Made by a program: the position numbers and the translations under genes
Origin: the human T2T-CHM13v2.0 reference genome, Homo sapiens
Assembly: GCF_009914755.1 (NCBI RefSeq)
Contig: NC_060926.1
Strand: one strand, 5' to 3'
Length of the DNA: 64,000 nt
Shown: one piece after another, positions 56,480-64,000 of the stretch
Layout of the letters: every line of letters begins with the position of its first letter
How positions within the stretch are numbered: the first letter of the stretch is position 1
The notes under the pieces: generated by a model
Database searches by the model: none
What the model was told of the DNA's origin: nothing
The model's input: only the letters and a program-made list of their open reading frames with translations

Positions 56480-58810
56480 AGGCTTTATAAATCTTTTTCT
56501 TTGACCTAAGCATTATCTAAAAATATGTCCCTTAATTTTCAAATGTTCTATAGATATTGTTTATGATTTCTAGTTTAATTCTAGTGTAAAAAGAGAGTAT
56601 ATACTGCATGAATTCAATGCTTTGAAATGTGTTAAGACTCTATTTATGGTCCATGTAGTTTATCTTGGTACATGAGTCATATACACTTCAAAATAATGTT
56701 TTTTTTCTGCAGTTGTTTAACATGATGTTTTATATATGCCTATAGGGTCAAGTTATTTGAGTGTTGCTCAAATCTTCCATGTCCTTAAAGATTTTTTATT
56801 TATTTCTGCTATTCCTGAGAGATATCCCTTTATCATTTTTGAAATATCCCTCTATCTCTGCTTACAGTCCTTGTCTGGAAGTCTACTTTGCCCGACATGA
56901 TACAGCTACACTATCTTTCTTTTGCTTAGTATTTGCATCCTACTACTTCCAACCTATGTCTTTATAATTAAAGTTTGCCTCATAAACACTGCATAACTAT
57001 GTCTTTTTAAAATCTATTCTGAAAATATTGTGTCCTAATTGGAGGGGTTAGTCCAATTATATTTAGTGTAATTATTGGTATGCTTGTGTTTTAAGTCTAA
57101 CATCTTGCTATTTTTCTATTTATTCCTTCTGTTATTTGTTTCTTTCGTGTCTTTTTTGAGTTAATGAAATATCTTCAGAATTCTACCTATTTTATTTTTT
57201 GAATTTTTAGCTTTGTATAATTTTCTATAGTTTGATCTAGGAATTTTGGCATTGAATTAATATTATATTACCTGGTGTATAATTAAGAAACATACACCAC
57301 CTTCCATTCTTTGTATTAGTGTTGTCATCGTTTACTTCTAAATTTGCTATAAAACCCATAGTACATTGTTGTTTTTGTATTTAAATAATTAAATAATTCC
57401 TTTTTTTAAGAGAATTTAAAAAAAAAAGAACTTTCATATTAATCACCTTTACCACAGTACTCCTCTCTATTGCTTCTTGTGGATCCCTATTTTTATTTGC
57501 TATCATTTTCCTTTAGTATGAAGAACTTAGCAGTTGCTGTAGTGCAAGACTGCTAATAACACATTTTACTGACTTTCACTTATGTGAGATGTCACTATTT
57601 CCCCTTCCTTTTTAAAACATATGTTTGCTGGATATAGACTATATTTTTAATTTTTAGGAATGTGATATCACTCCATTCTCTTCTTGTCACCATTATTTTG
57701 AATTCATAGTCGGTTGTCATTCTGATTATTTTTAGCCTATGTGTAATGTATCATTTACCACACAGTTCTAATTTTTTAATTAGTTGCTTTTCAGACATTT
57801 TTTTAAATTAGTGATTTACTACAGTTTGACTATGATATACTTAGGTGTAGTATTCTTTGCATTTATCCTTTGTGGGATTTGCAGACCTTATCTGCGGTTT
57901 GCCAATTTTGATAATTAGACACTTTCCAGTCAATCTTCCTCAAATATTAATTCCCCATTCTCTCTCTCTCTTTCTTTTTAGTAAATTACATACATATTAG
58001 CCCACTTGATTTTGTTTCACAGATCATTATAGCTCTGTTCATATTTTGCAACCTGTTTTTCTGTGTTTCAGCTAGTATTATTTTTACTACTCTATCTTCA
58101 ATATCAGTTCTGTTATTAAAATTTGCTCTTAATCGTAATTTTTGAATTTTCATTGTCATATATTTTAATTCTTGAATTACAGTTAGCTGTTATTTGCAAT
58201 TTTCATACCTCTCCTTACAGTCTTCATCTTTTCTCCTACTATAGCCACATTTCCCTATATATTATTTAGCATATTTATCATAGTTGTTATAAATCCTGGC
58301 TTGATAGTACCTAATTTCAAACTCTGTCCACCCTGTACTTGGAAGCTGCTAAAGTCTGTGCTCAGCTCTTTCAATATTTTATTGGTTGTTTTCCTCCGGG
58401 CCTTTTGAAGTCTTGACCGCATTATGCATTTTAGGATTCAGCCAAGAATTTAAGGGAAATTTGTATACAGATTTTGAGTCTCCCCCATGTTTCCTTCCTT
58501 TTTAAGATTTCCTCTTCAATTCTCAGACAATGTGATATCCTCTAATTCTAACATTTGACTTCCCAGCCTAGTAATATGGTTACTTTATGCTTGAACTCTA
58601 TACCCATGCTGTGCAGACTGGGTCAATCATCAGCGAAAATGTTTTAAAAATACAGATTTTGCTCACTGTGATTTCCTTCTTTCACAGATTGAATTATCTC
58701 CCAGTGTCTGCCCGTTTTGGGATCATTATCTGTATTTACAAGCAGCTGGGTTCTTCCTTGCCCCACAATTTATAATTATTATCAGCTGAAAGGTTAGTCA
58801 AGTTCAAGAC
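56480..58810 (-). mobile_element. Degraded old L1 (L1M) 5'/ORF1/ORF2 region
   Basis: T-rich antisense L1 text 'tttgaaatgtgttaagact...', 'tttgctggatatagact', 'cagtttgactatgatatacttaggtgtag'. Confidence 0.65.
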
Positions 58811-60507
58811 ATTTCATTACAGGGTGCAGGAAGTCACCTTTAGTGAAGGTTCTAAAATGTACAGTTGCCAGAGTCGTCTCCCAAACCAGCTGAATCTCTG
58901 AGGGTGAGGCTCAGTTTTGTATGCTTTCAAAAGAGCTGCCAAAGTGATTTTGATGTCGTTCACCCGATGGTCCCAGAATTCCAGTTCAAACTCCGGAGAT
59001 TTCAACACGGGATATCAGGCAACTCCTGAGCCAGTCTTAACTAAGTCCAGTTTAATGAAATAGACAAGGTCAAGATTACTCTGATCAAGTTCTCAGACGA
59101 GAATAGGGAGCCTCAAAGAGAGGCCAGTTAGTGCTGCAGCATGAACTATAGTCAAATTACAGCCAACAGCTCTTTTTCTTATCTGAGTAACCAGGGTGAG
59201 GGACTTAAACCAGTAGCTTACGGCAAGTCTGCAAATTTATCTTGAAAGACCCTGGGCCAGGCTAGCAGGACATAGCACTCTGTATCAGCCAGAAGTAATT
59301 ATGACTCTTAGGATATATTTTGATTGAAAGTGCAAATTTTAATTTCTCAAATCCACCTTTTCTACAAGGTCATCTTGTACTTCATCACGGACTAAAAGGA
59401 CTATTATGTTACATTGGAAATTTAGACTCAAGGTACAAGTCCAAGTGCAGAAGTTTGGAATTCACTAGGTTGGAGTTTTCTTTTTGTGGACATTAACAAT
59501 TATTTTAAAAATATATTATTAAATCATCTTGAAACCTTATAAATGAAAAAAGTACTTATTTTGACTACCTGCTGTGGCAATTTTTATGATCCTTTTCTAT
59601 TTTAAATCCCTCTGCTCTTAAGTTTTATACAACTGTAACCATAACTAACACATCATTTTAGAATAATTTGGGGCAATTTTTCTTTCTAATTTTCTAATGA
59701 AACTGCAGGGTTTTTAAATTTTATAATAATTGAATTAATTTAAAGTGTTCTGGATAGTTGGGCTTTGAGATTGTTTCTCATATTTTAATATTAAAAACAC
59801 CTGCTATAAATAGTTTGTACTTTTTCTCTTCCCATATTTAGCATTATTTCTTTGAAATAGGCTTCCAGAAATGATATGAATGAATAAAACTCTTTGGGCA
59901 CATTTGGCTGTGCATCTATTTTGCCCTTCAAGAGGTTGCACTTATTACTATCTATTATTCCAATACATCTCATTCTTCTTTGCCTTTCAGCCATATCTCC
60001 TGCCAGTTCTACTCTCCAGCTTCTCACCCTCTTTAGTAAACTCCTTCTTCTGCTATTTAGATGGATTTCTCCTGTTATTCATTCAACCCCAAACATCAGC
60101 TCTAGAGCCCTGCAGAATTCCCAGGAATGTTTGGCATCACTGCCCCCATTCTGATAAGGCTCTGTAACATTCTATGCATATCGCCATGGCAACACTTACT
60201 GCATTTAAAATTTCACCTGCTCTCCCCAACCCCTGTGTTCATCAATAGTGTTATTAAGACCCTCAGTGCCCCCAGTGAGTGTCACATGGAAGATATTTGA
60301 CAAATACGTTTTGATGAAACTTTACGCCTCTAGAAATAATGAACCAACCCTGTTTCTGCACTCTGACTGCAAATTATTTCTAACATTTATTTATCTTGCT
60401 TGTGGATTATATTTAAGCATAATAAAAATTAAGACAAGCACAAATCTGGGCTAGCTATAGTGAAAGATGAGAAATGTAATAAATAAAATAATCTTAACAA
60501 GGGAGGG

Positions 60508-60546
60508 TGTGTGTGTGTGTGTGTGTGTGTCTGTGTGTGTGTGTGT
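60508..60546. repeat. (TG)n microsatellite
   Basis: tgtgtg... run with one interruption. Confidence 0.95.
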
Positions 60547-60688
60547 TAAGCATTTAAGAAGGTAAGGTAAGTCACGCCTAAGGGACTCTTATCCTATTTG
60601 AACTACTAAAGTGGGCAATCTTAAGATAAATATACAACGGCTGCCTCTCCCCCAGGACAGTCAATACAATACTTCTGAAAGGCTATTA

Positions 60689-61921
<1,233 letters not shown>

Positions 61922-63207
61922 AAAGATCCCTGTCTGGCTGACTCTACTTGCCATTTAATCTAACCCATTCACTATCTCTTCAAAATTCATTTTGATTTCT
62001 ACAGAGAATTAACTGTTACAAAATGGCACATATTAAGTGAAGATACAGTGAGAAATAGAGAAGGAATATAAAAGCGGCTTTTCCATTTTTTTTCTCCATT
62101 GAAAGACAATTCATATTTTGCTCAAAATTTGGAGAAAAAGAAGATGGGAAGTTTCAAAATTGCTAAAGCCGTGACTCACACAATCTATTGATTCTTAAAT
62201 GAGAAGAGAAGAATTTTACTTCCCCGGAGCAGGAAGAATCCAAAAATATTTGAGAAGAATAGTAATCGCTAAAAGCTTAGAGCAAAGCTACAGAAAATAT
62301 AGTCGAAGAAATTATATTGTTGAAAGTTGCCAACAAGAGATAGCATATGATTGTTTCAGTCACATACAATAATATCAAATAAAGAAAAAACACTATGTAG
62401 CGTGTAAGGAGCCTTTTCAATTATACTTATTCTAAAAGGTATATATTAACTTTGGCATTTGACAAAAATTTATCAACTGTGGATCTAGTTGGGGACTGTT
62501 TAAATATTCACTGAAGAAGGATGAGGAGAAATGTGGGTAAAGGAGCCGCTTGGGCAGGGCCAGCCAGTGGGGGCTGTGGCTGGGCTTGGTAGGGAGAACT
62601 GGAATGATCTCATTGTGAGACTGAAGGAGACACTGGGAAACTAGAGTGGGATCTCAGATTGGGTGAGCTGTAAAATCCAATCCGGAGACCCGAGAAGTCT
62701 GAACGGTTTGGCATTAAAGGAGGGTTCAAAAGCTCTCAAATCCGAAGTGGTCTTTGAAGCTGGAACTGGGTGGCAAGAGAGAGTTGCAGAGAGCAACAGT
62801 CAGGAATAGGCAGGAGTGGCTTTGAGCAATTGCCTGAAATAGATTTTGTTTTCAAGCTGTTTTCTATGTACCAGCCACAGCCTGAAGCATGGCTTTTAGA
62901 GCCAGGAGTAGGATGCATAAAGCCTCAGTAAATGTTACCAAATTGTCCTCCAGAATGATTTCACCAATCTATGTTCCCACCAACAGAGAATGCGTGTACT
63001 TCCTCACTACTTTCTTTGCCAGGATAAAAATTAAATCCTTTAATTCTTTTTCTTATTTTGCCAAATTGGTAAAGGAAAAAAAAAAAAGATATTTTGCATT
63101 TAATTTGCATTTTTAAATTACCAATAAACACATGTTTTATATATCTTTATTGGAATATATTTATTATATTTAAATATAAGTTGATTGTAAATTATAATTA
63201 AATATAA

Positions 63208-63399
<192 letters not shown>

Positions 63400-64000
63400 T
63401 AAATATAAATGTGTTTAATATAAATTATTTGATGTCTTCTGGATTTATTTATATTGCTGCTTTAATATTTTTATAATGATCTATATAAACACTAATATGT
63501 TAAGAGTATGACTACTCTCATGTTGAAATTTTCTTCATGATCCTCTATATGTATTTTCATTCTGATCTTTAATATATAAACATATGTACATATATATAAA
63601 GATTTATATATATAAATATATATGTAAGTATGACCTTTAATATATAAACAGTGTGATCAAATCTCTCAAGATTTTTTCCAGTAACTTTATATTTACAATA
63701 TTTTTTGTCCGAGCTGAAGTCATTTAAGAGCTCACATTTATTCTCTGATTGTTAAATGTTTTAATTTTACAATCAAGTATTTGAATTTCTGGGTTTTATT
63801 TTGGCATAAGGCAAGAATCTTTACTGGTCAAATAATGGATCTATTTTAGCTGGTTTAAGGTGAGAGGGATTTATTACATAGTTTAAGCTAATTCACTGAA
63901 TTACCAGGAGGGTAAGGGCACAAAACTTGGATGCCACACAGCCAAGAGCAAGAAATCTTCGATCACCCCATGTGAGTATTTTAGGGGAAACCCACTACTG

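Overview
Primate (very likely human) genomic DNA: AT-rich and repeat-dense, with a single protein-coding gene, LRATD1 (FAM84A/NSE1), on the + strand. The gene sits in a ~3.5-kb CpG island. It has a GC-box/CCAAT promoter (~31.3-31.47 kb), a non-coding exon 1 (to 31724, donor inferred) and a ~1-kb intron. Exon 2 holds the whole 292-aa CDS (32767-33645) and a ~5-kb 3' UTR with many AATAAA signals. The flanks are Alu, L1, L2, MIR, ERVL/MaLR LTR and hAT/Tigger DNA-transposon remnants, identified by eye from remembered consensus sequences, so subfamily names and old-element boundaries are approximate. Almost all other ORFs in the track come from repeats or from GC richness. I found no convincing undescribed multi-gene system. 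The best leads are: (1) the predicted LRATD1 5' leader is stop-free in frame with the CDS and carries near-cognate starts plus a short uORF; (2) the LRAT catalytic Cys is replaced by Ser while both catalytic His residues are retained; (3) several structurally odd retrotransposon insertions (trimeric Alu under one TSD, double-B-box Alu, twin-primed L1PA2, one-LTR THE1); (4) candidate unannotated exons and UTR structures.
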